Below, in pieces: positions 1-9,196 of a stretch of 64,000 nucleotides of DNA. Position 1 is the stretch's first letter. The number at the start of each line of letters is the position of its first letter. The translations under genes were made by a program, and so were the position numbers. Below the pieces are notes generated by a model, which saw only the letters and a program-made list of their open reading frames with translations, was not told the DNA's origin and made no database searches. The stretch is from a candidate division Kazan bacterium GW2011_GWA1_50_15 (GTDB lineage Bacteria > Patescibacteriota > Kazan-3B-28). The stretch lies in assembly GCA_001029795.1 (NCBI GenBank), contig CP011216.1, positions 499,580-563,579 of the forward strand. The letters are read 5' to 3'.

Positions 1-821
1 GCGACTTTGCGGGTGTTGTAGGGCGAGTTAATATTGAGATCGGCTTGGGAGATAGGCCCCACCCAATTGTCGGTAAGGTAGCGGACCGTAGCGTCCACAT
101 CCAGCCGCATACCCTTGTCTAACCGATTGACCAGCACCCCGGCAACTAACTTTCTATTCACATCCGTCCGGGCTTCTTTCTCCACAAGTGAGGCCAAAGT
201 CAAAATTTGGTGCAGGGTGTATTGAGATGACTTAACTTGGGCATCCACCGTGCCGATACGCCGTTTGAAGTTATCCAACATCTGCAACAACAGATCGCGC
301 ACTGGCGTGCCCTGATCCATGTTGTAGGTATCAGGGAAGAGATACCCTTCCAGCGAATTATCTGGTCGGCCGGTTAAAAAGTCGAAGTCTGGCGGGAAAT
401 TGGCAGCGGCTTTGACAAAGTCGTTAGCCGTAATAATATCTTTCTTTTCGAGGAGCATGGCGATCTGGGCTGTTGTATACCCCTCAGGAATCGTTACTTT
501 GGCAGTGGCTGTTTGGCTGTGGGCAATAATGTAAGCGATCTGCCAGGCATCCATTCGCGGGGAGACATTGTAGGCCCCCGACTGCACAGCGCCAGTACGA
601 TTCAACTTAAAAGCTATCCGGGTACCAAAGGTTGACCGAATAAAGTCTGCATCTTTGAGATTGACCACGATATCAGCGATCGTGTCGCCCTGCTCCACAT
701 TAAAGAGGGTTTTACCCTCGGCTTTAAAATCACTGGGGGCGAACCACGCCAAGTAGGCGCTGAGTAGTATTAGCACCAGCGCCCCCAGGACGATAATAAT
801 TAACCGATGTGTCTTACCCAA
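1..821 (-). CDS. mltG: Endolytic murein transglycosylase MltG/YceG family (partial, C-terminus beyond window edge)
   Basis: Minus-strand translation gives an N-terminal TM helix, then EGYLFPDTY, LASLVEKEA and NSPYNTR motifs typical of MltG. There is no stop before position 1. The start was tentatively placed at TTG 819-821; it is uncertain. Confidence 0.8.
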   Translation of the reverse strand, partial: MGKTHRLIIIVLGALVLILLSAYLAWFAPSDFKAEGKTLFNVEQGDTIADIVVNLKDADFIRSTFGTRIAFKLNRTGAVQSGAYNVSPRMDAWQIAYIIAHSQTATAKVTIPEGYTTAQIAMLLEKKDIITANDFVKAAANFPPDFDFLTGRPDNSLEGYLFPDTYNMDQGTPVRDLLLQMLDNFKRRIGTVDAQVKSSQYTLHQILTLASLVEKEARTDVNRKLVAGVLVNRLDKGMRLDVDATVRYLTDNWVGPISQADLNINSPYNTRKV

Positions 822-828
822 AGCCGAT

Positions 829-1014
829 TTAGCGGTTTTGCATGATCTCCTTGAAGGCGATCAAGATCAGTAGTACTGGCCAGTAAGCCAACCAGACTCG
901 ATCCAACAGCCCCAGGTTGATCAGCAGGACAATAATCCCAACGACCAACAGGATCAGTTGGTCGAACATATCCATCTCGCCGAACAGGAAATGATTGTGC
1001 GGACCCTTTGCCAT
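829..1014 (-). CDS. Small hydrophobic membrane protein (61 aa), unknown function
   Basis: Strong SD AAAGGAG sits 5 nt upstream of the ATG on the minus strand. Two predicted TM helices. Overlaps the putative mltG start. Confidence 0.6.
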   Translation of the reverse strand: MAKGPHNHFLFGEMDMFDQLILLVVGIIVLLINLGLLDRVWLAYWPVLLILIAFKEIMQNR

Positions 1015-1044
1015 GATGACTCCTTTTTATATAACTACTTAATA

Positions 1045-1608
1045 TTATTTCCCCAATAGTTTGAGCGCATATTTGATCCGATCTTCTGTAGCGGCTAATT
1101 CGCGCGGGATGTCCGGCAGAACGCGTTTCACCTCATACGCATTATACCCCAGCGAGACGAGGGCCGTGAGTAGATCGTGCGCTTGATCGCCTAATTTGGA
1201 GTTGCTTATCTCGACTTTGTTCTTTAACTCGACAATGATCCGCTCGGCAGTTTTTTTACCAATCCCACTGATAGTAGTAAAGATGGCGACATCGCCGCCG
1301 CCAATGGCTGACTGGAGCTCGCTGACTTTTCCGGCGTTCAACACGCCCAAGGCGCTGCGGGGGCCAACCCCGGATACCCCGACTAGCTGGGTAAAGAAAG
1401 TCTGCTCAGCTTCGCTCATAAAGCCATACAGACTCAGTTGATCCTCGCGCACCACTAAGTAGGTTAGCAGTTCAATCGTTGAACCAACCGGGTAACTGGC
1501 GATGACCGCGTGGGTGGTGGAGATTTTATACCCCACTCCGCCTTCGGTCTGGACCAAAAGCCAATCAATGCCGGCTGATTTCACTGTGCCCTGGATGCTA
1601 CCGATCAT
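1045..1608 (-). CDS. ruvA: Holliday junction DNA helicase RuvA
   Basis: Full-length RuvA-like sequence (MIGSIQG..., HhH motifs GVSGVGPRSAL and ISGIGKKTAERI). Overlaps ruvC by 4 nt. Confidence 0.95.
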   Translation of the reverse strand: MIGSIQGTVKSAGIDWLLVQTEGGVGYKISTTHAVIASYPVGSTIELLTYLVVREDQLSLYGFMSEAEQTFFTQLVGVSGVGPRSALGVLNAGKVSELQSAIGGGDVAIFTTISGIGKKTAERIIVELKNKVEISNSKLGDQAHDLLTALVSLGYNAYEVKRVLPDIPRELAATEDRIKYALKLLGK

Positions 1609-2102
1609 TTAAGATGTCGTTCAAGAGTAGATGCATGCGCTGCGGTTACCGCCACGGCCAACGCATCGGCCGCATCATCCGGTTTGGGGATCTCCTTTAA
1701 CCCTAATATCATTTTAATCATTTTTTGCATTTGCTGCTTGTCGGCCCGGCCGTAACCGGTGATGGCTTGTTTGACCTGCAGAGGAGTATATGACCGGATC
1801 TGTGTATGCGCTTCAGCTGCGACCTGCAGCAGCACCCCGCGGGCTTGGGAGACATTCATGGCAGTAGTAACGTTGCGGGCAAAGAATAACTCCTCCACCG
1901 CAACCAGGTCGGGTTGATATTTTTTGATCAGCGCCCGCAATGCTTTGGCGATGTCGTGCAGCCGAGTAGCGGTTAGATCGGTTTTAGGGGTGGTGATACA
2001 ACCATGCGTAAGGTAGTGCGCCTTCACCCCGTCGTGGGCGACTACGCCGTAGCCGGTGGTGGCAGTGCCCGGGTCTAAACCTAAAATGATCGTGGCCTTC
2101 AA
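1605..2102 (-). CDS. ruvC: Crossover junction endodeoxyribonuclease RuvC
   Basis: N-terminus ILGLDPGTATTGYGVV and overall RuvC fold signature. Confidence 0.95.
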   Translation of the reverse strand: MKATIILGLDPGTATTGYGVVAHDGVKAHYLTHGCITTPKTDLTATRLHDIAKALRALIKKYQPDLVAVEELFFARNVTTAMNVSQARGVLLQVAAEAHTQIRSYTPLQVKQAITGYGRADKQQMQKMIKMILGLKEIPKPDDAADALAVAVTAAHASTLERHLK

Positions 2103-2103
2103 G

Positions 2104-2838
2104 CTATTCTCCTAGTAAATTGTCGGCTATATCGAAATTGGTGAAAACTTCACTGACGTCGGGGTTGTCATCAAGCGCCTCCATTAAGCCCAGAACTTTT
2201 TTAGCCGTAGTCGGATCGGTGACCTCGACCGTAGTAGTGGGCATTAAGGTAAGTTTGTCCTCTTGGACTTGTATCCCGTCGCTCACTAGACGTTGTCTGA
2301 CCTGGGCCAGATCCTTGGGCGGGGTGTAGACCTCCCAAGCATCCCCGGCATCTTGAAAATCTTCCGCCCCAGCATCGATAAACTTCATCTCCATATCTGA
2401 GCTACTCTTAGGGATAACCAACAGACCGCGTTCTTTGAACTGCCAGGCCACCGCGCCGCTGCTGCCCAAGCTTCCGCCGGCCTTGGCAAATAGATTACGC
2501 AGTTCAGATACCGTTCGGTTGCGGTTGTCCGTTAACGCCCGGATTACGACCGCCACGTTGCCTGGCGCTAAACCCTCGTAGGTTGCTTCTTCGATCTGGC
2601 TCTTGTCGGCATCTAACCCGGCTCCCTTACGGACCGACTTTTCAATATTGGCCATGGGCATGTTCGAACCACGAGCCTTTTGTACCGCTAGCTTAAGCCG
2701 CGGGTTCATCTCTGGGTCAGCCCCAAATCGAGCTGCCACCTCAATGACCCGAGCAATTCTAGTGAATTCAGCGCTGCGCTTAGCGTCGGTTGCCCCCTTC
2801 TTCCGCTTAATAGTTGACCACTTAGAATGTCCTGACAT
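2104..2838 (-). CDS. yebC: YebC/PmpR family DNA-binding transcriptional regulator
   Basis: MSGHSKWSTIKRKK...NMPMANIEKSVRKG conserved YebC N-terminus. Confidence 0.95.
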   Translation of the reverse strand: MSGHSKWSTIKRKKGATDAKRSAEFTRIARVIEVAARFGADPEMNPRLKLAVQKARGSNMPMANIEKSVRKGAGLDADKSQIEEATYEGLAPGNVAVVIRALTDNRNRTVSELRNLFAKAGGSLGSSGAVAWQFKERGLLVIPKSSSDMEMKFIDAGAEDFQDAGDAWEVYTPPKDLAQVRQRLVSDGIQVQEDKLTLMPTTTVEVTDPTTAKKVLGLMEALDDNPDVSEVFTNFDIADNLLGE

Positions 2839-2935
2839 TCGTCCAAATCCTCCTACATTAGCAAAAGCTGCGAGTATCCTGTCGGCTTCTATTATATAAC
2901 AAATCCGCCTCAGGACAGAATAATCGACGACCGAG

Positions 2936-2972
2936 GGGGACAGGACTGCCGTCCTCTATATAATAGGAAAGT
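2936..2972 (+). promoter_or_regulatory. Putative sigma70 promoter for pcrA giving a leaderless or near-leaderless mRNA (GGGACA-16-TATAAT, -10 at 2959-2964, ATG at 2973)
   Basis: TATAAT lies 8 nt upstream of the ATG. No usable SD spacing. Confidence 0.45.
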
Positions 2973-5063
2973 ATGTCAGACCCAATCGCATCGCTGAACC
3001 CTGAACAGATCAAGGCCGTCCATCGCGTCAAAGGTCCGGTTTTGGTATTGGCAGGAGCCGGCAGCGGCAAAACCAAAGCGCTAACCCATCGGGTGGCGTA
3101 TTTGATCCAAACCAAACAGATATCACCCGCCAATATCCTAGCCATTACCTTCACCAACAAGGCGGCCGGGGAGATGCGCGAACGCATCCAGCGACTCATT
3201 AGGTCGCGTAGCGACAAACCTTTTAATGTCAGTACATTCCACTCCTTTTGCGCCAAGGTGCTGCGCCGTGAGGCACACCATCTGGGCTACGCGGCTAACT
3301 TCACGATCTTAGACGCTGACGATCAGCTCACCGCCGTCAAACAAGCAATGGAGATGCTGCAATTGGATATCAAAAGGACTGCGCCAGAGGCGGTCAGAGC
3401 GCATATCTCCTCGGCTAAGAACGAACTGATGGATGAGGATGCATATACCTCGGTAGCGAGCGGAACGTTCCAGCAAATCGTAGCTAAAGTCTACCGGGCT
3501 TACCAGGATATCTTGCGCCGGAACCAGGCGATGGACTTTGACGACTTACTGATGAACCTGGTCATCATCTTCCAGGGACAGCCGAAAGTCTTAGCCCGTT
3601 ATCAGGAACAGTTCAAATATATCTTGGTTGATGAATACCAAGACACCAATACCGCACAGTACCGGCTGACCTCGCTACTGGCCGCTAAGCATCGCAACCT
3701 GTTTGTAGTCGGAGATGATTGGCAGAGTATCTATTCTTGGCGGGGAGCGAACTTCCGCAACATCTTAAACTTTCACAATGACTACCCAGACGCCTATATT
3801 GTGAAACTGGAGCAGAACTATCGTTCGACCCAGAACATTCTCGATGCCGCCCACGCAGTGATCGCCCACAATAAAAACCGAAGTGATAAAAAATTGTGGA
3901 CCAACCAGGCCAGCGGTGAACTAATCACGGTCTACGAAGCGTCCAATGGAAAGGATGAGGGTGATTTTATCGTGCGGGAGATACTGGCCTGGCGGGGGAG
4001 AACTAGGGCTCAGCTAAACAATTTTGTCGTGCTGTATCGGACTAACGCCCAGTCCCGCGCCCTAGAGGAAACTATGCTCCGAGCTGGTCTGCCTTATCGC
4101 GTGATCGGCGGAGTCCGCTTCTATGAGCGACGGGAGATCAAGGATATGTTGGCTTTCTTAAAGTTGCTGGCCAATCCCGATGATAACCTAGCCCTTCAGC
4201 GGATCATCAATCTGCCTGCCCGAGGCATCGGCAAAAAGACATTGCAGGCATTGGAACAGGAGGCTTATTCCGCGGATAAGGGGATGTACGACTATATAAC
4301 GCATTTGAACAATCCGACTCCAGCCGTGCAGGAGTTTGTGGGGGTGATGCGACAGATCGAGCGCAAGAGCCCACGGCTTAATCTCAGTCGTTTGCTCGAC
4401 TTGGTGCTAACCGCGTCTGGTTACCAAACCATGCTCAAGGCTGAGGGGATCGAGGGTGAGACCCGGCTCGAAAACATTGCCGAACTTAAATCAGTGATGG
4501 AAAAGTACGACCACCTAGCCCCCGCAGAAGCGTTGTCTATCTTCTTGGAAGAGGTCGCGCTGATCTCTGATACTGACAATCTCACGCTGGCTGATGATGC
4601 GATAACGCTCATGACCCTCCACACCGCCAAGGGATTGGAGTTTGATTATGTCTTTATGGTGGGCGCCGAGGAAAACTTATTCCCACATAGCCGCAGTTTA
4701 ATGGACGCTGAGGAGCTGGAGGAGGAACGTCGACTATGTTATGTCGGGATCACCCGCGCCCGCCAAAAAGTTTATTTTACCCACGCTGAAGAGCGGCTGA
4801 TCTATGGTAACCTGCAGGCTAACCCCCGCTCACGATTCATCGACGACCTTCCCGAAGAACTTACCGAATTCGTTAGACGTTCGGGCCCAGTCCGCCAAAC
4901 GAGTGGACAAGAACGCCGGCTCCAACCCGGGGATAAGGTTATCCACCGGCAGTTCGGGCCAGGCGTGATCATTAGTCAAACCGGAGATATCGTGACTGTC
5001 GCTTTTGTAAAGTACGGCATAAAGGATCTGGCCGCCGACCTGGCCGATATCAAACCCAAATGA
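2973..5063 (+). CDS. pcrA: ATP-dependent DNA helicase PcrA/UvrD family
   Basis: Walker A AGAGSGKT, UvrD helicase motifs (TFTNKAA, VDEYQDTN, YRSTQNIL) and a UvrD C-terminal domain. Confidence 0.93.
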   Translation: MSDPIASLNPEQIKAVHRVKGPVLVLAGAGSGKTKALTHRVAYLIQTKQISPANILAITFTNKAAGEMRERIQRLIRSRSDKPFNVSTFHSFCAKVLRREAHHLGYAANFTILDADDQLTAVKQAMEMLQLDIKRTAPEAVRAHISSAKNELMDEDAYTSVASGTFQQIVAKVYRAYQDILRRNQAMDFDDLLMNLVIIFQGQPKVLARYQEQFKYILVDEYQDTNTAQYRLTSLLAAKHRNLFVVGDDWQSIYSWRGANFRNILNFHNDYPDAYIVKLEQNYRSTQNILDAAHAVIAHNKNRSDKKLWTNQASGELITVYEASNGKDEGDFIVREILAWRGRTRAQLNNFVVLYRTNAQSRALEETMLRAGLPYRVIGGVRFYERREIKDMLAFLKLLANPDDNLALQRIINLPARGIGKKTLQALEQEAYSADKGMYDYITHLNNPTPAVQEFVGVMRQIERKSPRLNLSRLLDLVLTASGYQTMLKAEGIEGETRLENIAELKSVMEKYDHLAPAEALSIFLEEVALISDTDNLTLADDAITLMTLHTAKGLEFDYVFMVGAEENLFPHSRSLMDAEELEEERRLCYVGITRARQKVYFTHAEERLIYGNLQANPRSRFIDDLPEELTEFVRRSGPVRQTSGQERRLQPGDKVIHRQFGPGVIISQTGDIVTVAFVKYGIKDLAADLADIKPK

Positions 5064-5665
5064 TGACTGGTTACCGGGGGGCAGTTCTGTCGCTCTTAAG
5101 TCTAGCCGTGCTGACTGGGGGATTAAGTTGGCAGCGCCCACCCATCAACCAACCTAAAGTTATCAAATTGCAGTTTAACGGATTAGGATGGCAGACCGAC
5201 ACCCGGGCTAGCGATATAGCCGAGCTGTTGCTCCAAGACTTTGGCAGTTACGAGGGGTGGATGATTGAACCGCCACCCGAAACCGCCTTAACCGACCAAA
5301 TGACCGTTACCATCCAAGACCCATCGGCTAGCGTGTTGGAACCGCTGGTGGCTGCCAACCTTAAAGCTGAGCTTAAAAAACAGGAAGAGGCTAAGCGTCA
5401 GACAGAACGTAAGTCTCCGATCTATGCCGGGCTGGCCACTTGGTACGATTTTGGGAGTGAACTGACCGCCGCTAGCCGTCAGTTCCCCAAAGGCACTCAT
5501 CTCCGAGTAGTCGCAGTCAATTCCGGCAAAACTATTGATGTAATGATTAATGATTATGGCCCCCAGGCCTATACTGGCATCCAGCTCGACCTCAACCGTC
5601 CAGCATTTTTAAAGCTTGCTCCTCTAGGAGCGGGTAAGATTGGAATCAAATACTTTAGAATATAG
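5060..5665 (+). CDS. RlpA-like double-psi beta-barrel (DPBB) domain lipoprotein/membrane protein
   Basis: N-terminal TM. C-terminus ATWYDFG...THLRVVAVNSGKTIDVMINDYGP matches the RlpA DPBB domain. ATGA start overlaps the pcrA stop. Confidence 0.75.
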   Translation: MMTGYRGAVLSLLSLAVLTGGLSWQRPPINQPKVIKLQFNGLGWQTDTRASDIAELLLQDFGSYEGWMIEPPPETALTDQMTVTIQDPSASVLEPLVAANLKAELKKQEEAKRQTERKSPIYAGLATWYDFGSELTAASRQFPKGTHLRVVAVNSGKTIDVMINDYGPQAYTGIQLDLNRPAFLKLAPLGAGKIGIKYFRI

Positions 5666-5667
5666 GG

Positions 5668-6540
5668 GTGGACCTGACTGACATACAAACCGTTAAGAGC
5701 TTGTTGACTCATTACAACTTAACCGCTCAAAAAAGCTTGGGCCAGCATTTTTTAATTGATGCCGGGGCTCTGCGCACCATGCTTGAGGCGGCCGATCTAA
5801 GTAAGAATGATTTTGTAGTCGAGGTCGGCCCTGGGTTTGGCGTGCTCACTCTGCCCGTGGCCGAGCGGGCTGGTCGAGTCCTAGCGGTGGAGACTGATAA
5901 AAAGCTGATCAGTATTTTAAAAGCTCTAAGTAGCGGCACACCTAACATCGATCTCTTGCCGGCCAATGTGTTGAAGCTTGAGAGCCGGCAGCTGCATGAC
6001 CGGTACCGCCAGTGGAGTCGGGTCAAATCTGGACGGACTCGGTACAAGCTGGTATCAAATCTGCCCTACTATATTACCTCGCCGATATTGAAGCAGTTTT
6101 TAGAGACCAGCTACCGTCCAGACTTGATCGTAGTGATGGTCCAGCGAGAGGTAGCTGAGCGGATCGCCGCCAAGCCCGGCGAGATGAGTTTACTGTCGGT
6201 CTCGGTTCAGTTCTTTGGCCAACCAGAGATAGTCCGCACGGTGACCAAACAGTCGTTCTGGCCCAAGCCAGAGGTGGACTCAGCCATTTTGAAGATCACT
6301 CCTCACCCCAAGCTTCCTTGGGATGTAGACGATGTCAGATTTTTCTTCCGCATGGTCAAAGCCGGGTTCGGTGAGCGCCGCAAACAACTGCACAACTCGC
6401 TTAGTGGGGGGCTGCACATCGACGATAAGCTGGCGCGCAACTTGCTAGCCGGCGCCGGGATAGATCCTAAGACGCGGGCCCAAGATCTTTCAGTCGAAAG
6501 GTGGGTCAAGTTATATCGCCAATTAAAATCTACGCTCTAA
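5668..6540 (+). CDS. rsmA: 16S rRNA (adenine1518-N6/adenine1519-N6)-dimethyltransferase RsmA/KsgA
   Basis: LGQHFL motif, VVEVGPGFGVLT SAM-binding motif and KsgA C-terminal domain. Confidence 0.95.
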   Translation: MDLTDIQTVKSLLTHYNLTAQKSLGQHFLIDAGALRTMLEAADLSKNDFVVEVGPGFGVLTLPVAERAGRVLAVETDKKLISILKALSSGTPNIDLLPANVLKLESRQLHDRYRQWSRVKSGRTRYKLVSNLPYYITSPILKQFLETSYRPDLIVVMVQREVAERIAAKPGEMSLLSVSVQFFGQPEIVRTVTKQSFWPKPEVDSAILKITPHPKLPWDVDDVRFFFRMVKAGFGERRKQLHNSLSGGLHIDDKLARNLLAGAGIDPKTRAQDLSVERWVKLYRQLKSTL

Positions 6541-7193
6541 TGTTATTCGTAGTCGCTACCCCGATCGGCAACCTACAAGATATCTCCCTGCGCGCGCTGG
6601 AGACTCTGCGAGATGTTGACGTGATCGCCGCCGAAGATACGCGTCAGACCAAAAAACTACTCGACCGGCACAATATCAAAACCTCGCTCATCAGCTTCCA
6701 CCAACATACGCGTTCGCCCAAAACCGAACAGCTGGTCGCTCAACTAGTCGCTGGCAAACGCATTGCCTTAGTTACCGATGCGGGGACACCAGGTATCGCC
6801 GACCCGGGGAGCGTATTGGTCCAGGCCGCGCGTCAGGCAGGAGTAAAGGTCGTCCCAATCCCGGGCGCCAGCGCAGTAACCACGCTTTTAAGCGCGGCCG
6901 GCATCTCGGCGGATAGTTTTCTATTCTTAGGGTTTCTGCCCAAGAAAAAGGGGCGCGCCAGTCTCTGGCAAGAGATGAAGACAGTGGCTGTGCCTATCGT
7001 CTTATTTGAATCGCCTAACCGGGTTGTGAAAACTTTGAATGAGATCCGTGCGGCATTGGGTGAGCGGGAGGTAATTATCGGCCGCGAACTAACCAAACTT
7101 CATGAAGAGATCCTGCGTCTGCCCGTATCGATCGCTATTGAACAATTCAGCCAGCAGAACCCCAAGGGTGAGTTTGTCATTGTGATTAGTTAA
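6540..7193 (+). CDS. rsmI: 16S rRNA (cytidine1402-2'-O)-methyltransferase RsmI
   Basis: MLFVVATPIGNLQDIS...AAEDTR conserved RsmI N-terminus. Start was chosen at ATG 6540 overlapping the rsmA stop; the ORF track extends upstream to 6501. Confidence 0.92.
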   Translation: MLFVVATPIGNLQDISLRALETLRDVDVIAAEDTRQTKKLLDRHNIKTSLISFHQHTRSPKTEQLVAQLVAGKRIALVTDAGTPGIADPGSVLVQAARQAGVKVVPIPGASAVTTLLSAAGISADSFLFLGFLPKKKGRASLWQEMKTVAVPIVLFESPNRVVKTLNEIRAALGEREVIIGRELTKLHEEILRLPVSIAIEQFSQQNPKGEFVIVIS

Positions 7194-7203
7194 ATCTATA
7201 ATG
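7175..7203 (+). promoter_or_regulatory. sigma70-like promoter TTGTCA-17-TATAAT overlapping the rsmI 3' end
   Basis: -35 TTGTCA at 7175-7180, exact 17-nt spacer, -10 TATAAT at 7198-7203. Confidence 0.55.
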
Positions 7204-7212
7204 CAAGTAAGA

Positions 7213-7297
7213 TCTGTCCCGTTAGAAATCACCGATCGGGACAGCTGAAAAGACATGGAAAGTAAGTTATTTATACGCTAGGTTGATTTCTAACGGG
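7213..7297 (+). promoter_or_regulatory. Structured 5' leader with two mutually exclusive stems (8-bp hairpin 7214-7221/7237-7244, and a perfect 13-nt inverted repeat 7218-7230/7285-7297 ending at the AUG of the small ORF)
   Basis: cccgttagaaatc and gatttctaacggg are perfect reverse complements. The second copy abuts ATG 7298. Confidence 0.5.
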
Positions 7298-7519
7298 ATG
7301 GCTGCCAAGAAAAAACTAAGTGCGAAGGTTCGCCAAGCGGTAGCTAAGGCGAAGCCAAAGAAAACATTTTTTATCATCCAAATGCCTGAGGACCAGGACG
7401 AAGCACCTCATTGGTTATTTTGGATGTTGTTAATCGTTTTTGTGGCGCTGCTGGTTAGTATTGTGTGGCAGGGGTTGGCTCTGTCTTCGAGCGTGCAGGC
7501 GTACCTGCCCTACCTCTAA
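7298..7519 (+). CDS. Small basic membrane protein (73 aa), unknown function
   Basis: MAAKKKLSAKVRQAVAKAKPKK followed by one TM helix. Downstream of the predicted promoter and leader. No SD. Confidence 0.45.
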   Translation: MAAKKKLSAKVRQAVAKAKPKKTFFIIQMPEDQDEAPHWLFWMLLIVFVALLVSIVWQGLALSSSVQAYLPYL

Positions 7520-7535
7520 CCGCGTAACAGGATAT

Positions 7536-7575
7536 GAAAAAGTCCCATTTGGCATAGGGCCAAAGGGGACTTTTA
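7536..7575. terminator. Bidirectional rho-independent terminator between convergent genes
   Basis: 12/13-bp stem agtcccatttggc/gccaaaggggact, flanked by GAAAAA upstream and TTTT downstream. Confidence 0.7.
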
Positions 7576-7978
7576 GGTTGCGCCGACCGCTTCGGCGAAG
7601 ATCTCCAGCTGGGAGACGACATTGGGCTTGGGCTTGAGAAATGGGATGCGCAGCCCAGTCAGGGTACGCTCTACCTCTATCTCTTGCCATCCAGCCCGGA
7701 TACGCGGGGGATAACCCCGGTCAAGGGCGAGAGCATCTTTCCAGACGCGCTCGGCCTCCCGCCGGTCACTCGCGCAGACGAGCGTCCGCCGCCCGCAGGA
7801 CTCGCAGGCCAAGAACAAACGCCCACCTGAGCCGAGCATCCGCACCCAGTAATTGCAGTACTCTGATAGATCGTAGACCCACTCGTGTACCGCCTGAGGA
7901 AGATCGACCCCTAGCAGCCCAGAACAAGGAAGCCCCGGTATAGCGAACCGGAACTCCATCAGATCCACCCGTTCCATA
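7573..7978 (-). CDS. Cys-rich hypothetical protein (135 aa)
   Basis: AGGAGG SD 5 nt upstream of ATG (MERVDLMEF...). 5 Cys including CESCGRRTLVC. No recognised family. Confidence 0.6.
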
Positions 7979-8045
7979 CTAGCCTCCTTAAGGGACAAGT
8001 TACCCCCACTTTAGCACACCTCTCTCCTATAGTCAAGGAAAAATC

Positions 8046-8074
8046 TTGACTGGGAGCGAGTTTTTTGCTATAAT
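8046..8074 (+). promoter_or_regulatory. sigma70 promoter TTGACT-17-TATAAT for the L,D-transpeptidase gene
   Basis: Consensus hexamers with exact 17-nt spacing. ATG 8098 lies about 16 nt downstream of the predicted TSS. No SD. Confidence 0.65.
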
Positions 8075-8097
8075 TAAGGGATACCTGCCAACCATTC

Positions 8098-9117
8098 ATG
8101 GAAGATAAAAATCAAAATCACAAGCAGGCGCTAGCTGCTGTTATCAGCTTCGCCCTGCTAGGAGGTAGCTGGCAGCTCTATGGAGCTGAGGCGGCTGCCC
8201 CGATTAGGTTAAAGACCTTGGCTGCGCAAGTGGCATCAATGACCACTCGGGTGGTGTCTTCTGATATAGACGCCGATTACGTGGTAGCAACCCTGCCAGC
8301 TGGGCTGACGTTCGAGCCGGGGGCGACCCAGACTGCCGTGGTAACTATCCAAAACACTAGCAACGAGACATGGGACGGTAATCAGCTTCGGCTAGGGACA
8401 GTTTTTCGCACTGGCGACAAAGACAGATGGAGCGATTGGCAGACCGAGACCTGGCTCTCACCGACCCGGATCGCGCCGGTAGGGTTAGTTGACAAACTAA
8501 TTCGCCCTCGCCAGATGGCTAGCTTTAACGTTGCCCTTCATGCCCCAGAACGAACCGGGCAGTATCGAGAGTACTTCCAGCCAGTGATGGACGGGGGGGC
8601 CGGGTGGCTGGACGGACAGATTGTCGCACTGAACCTGCAAGTCGGGGAGACTGCCAACGTTGCGGAGGCGCCTCAACCCAAGGCGATAGTGATCGACCGC
8701 GGACATCAGCGCGGTTATTGGCTCGAGAACGGAGTTGTGGTTGCTAGCTTACCAGTATCGACGGGTAAGTTAGGTTATACTACTCCGGCCGGAGAATACA
8801 AAATCATGAACCATATTGAGAACGCCTACTCCAGCGAGTACGAACTGTGGATGCCGAACTGGATGGCCCTGACCAGCGCCAAATATGGCTTTCAGGGCTA
8901 CGGCATACACGGGTTGCCGTACTGGCGAGTGAAACCGGCTAAGTTCGAGGAGGGCAAAATCTATCCGGGCGGCCGCCTCTACACTAACGGCCGGCTGTAT
9001 GAAGGATTTTCACACTTAGGTATGGCGATGTCACACGGATGTATTCGATTCGGGGTAGCGGAGTCTGGTATCTTATTCGCTTGGGCCGAGGATGGCACAC
9101 CGGTGACCATTATCTAA
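8098..9117 (+). CDS. L,D-transpeptidase (YkuD domain) family protein
   Basis: C-terminal YkuD catalytic motif SHGCIRF. N-terminal signal/TM. Confidence 0.85.
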   Translation: MEDKNQNHKQALAAVISFALLGGSWQLYGAEAAAPIRLKTLAAQVASMTTRVVSSDIDADYVVATLPAGLTFEPGATQTAVVTIQNTSNETWDGNQLRLGTVFRTGDKDRWSDWQTETWLSPTRIAPVGLVDKLIRPRQMASFNVALHAPERTGQYREYFQPVMDGGAGWLDGQIVALNLQVGETANVAEAPQPKAIVIDRGHQRGYWLENGVVVASLPVSTGKLGYTTPAGEYKIMNHIENAYSSEYELWMPNWMALTSAKYGFQGYGIHGLPYWRVKPAKFEEGKIYPGGRLYTNGRLYEGFSHLGMAMSHGCIRFGVAESGILFAWAEDGTPVTII

Positions 9118-9137
9118 ACCTGACGGAACTTAAGATA

Positions 9138-9175
9138 AGAAAAAGGGCGTCGCCGTTATGGCTCCGCCCTTTTAA
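9138..9175. terminator. Bidirectional rho-independent terminator
   Basis: aagggcg-N15-cgccctt stem, flanked by A-run and T-run. Confidence 0.65.
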
Positions 9176-9196
9176 AACAAGTGGGATTTGGATGGT

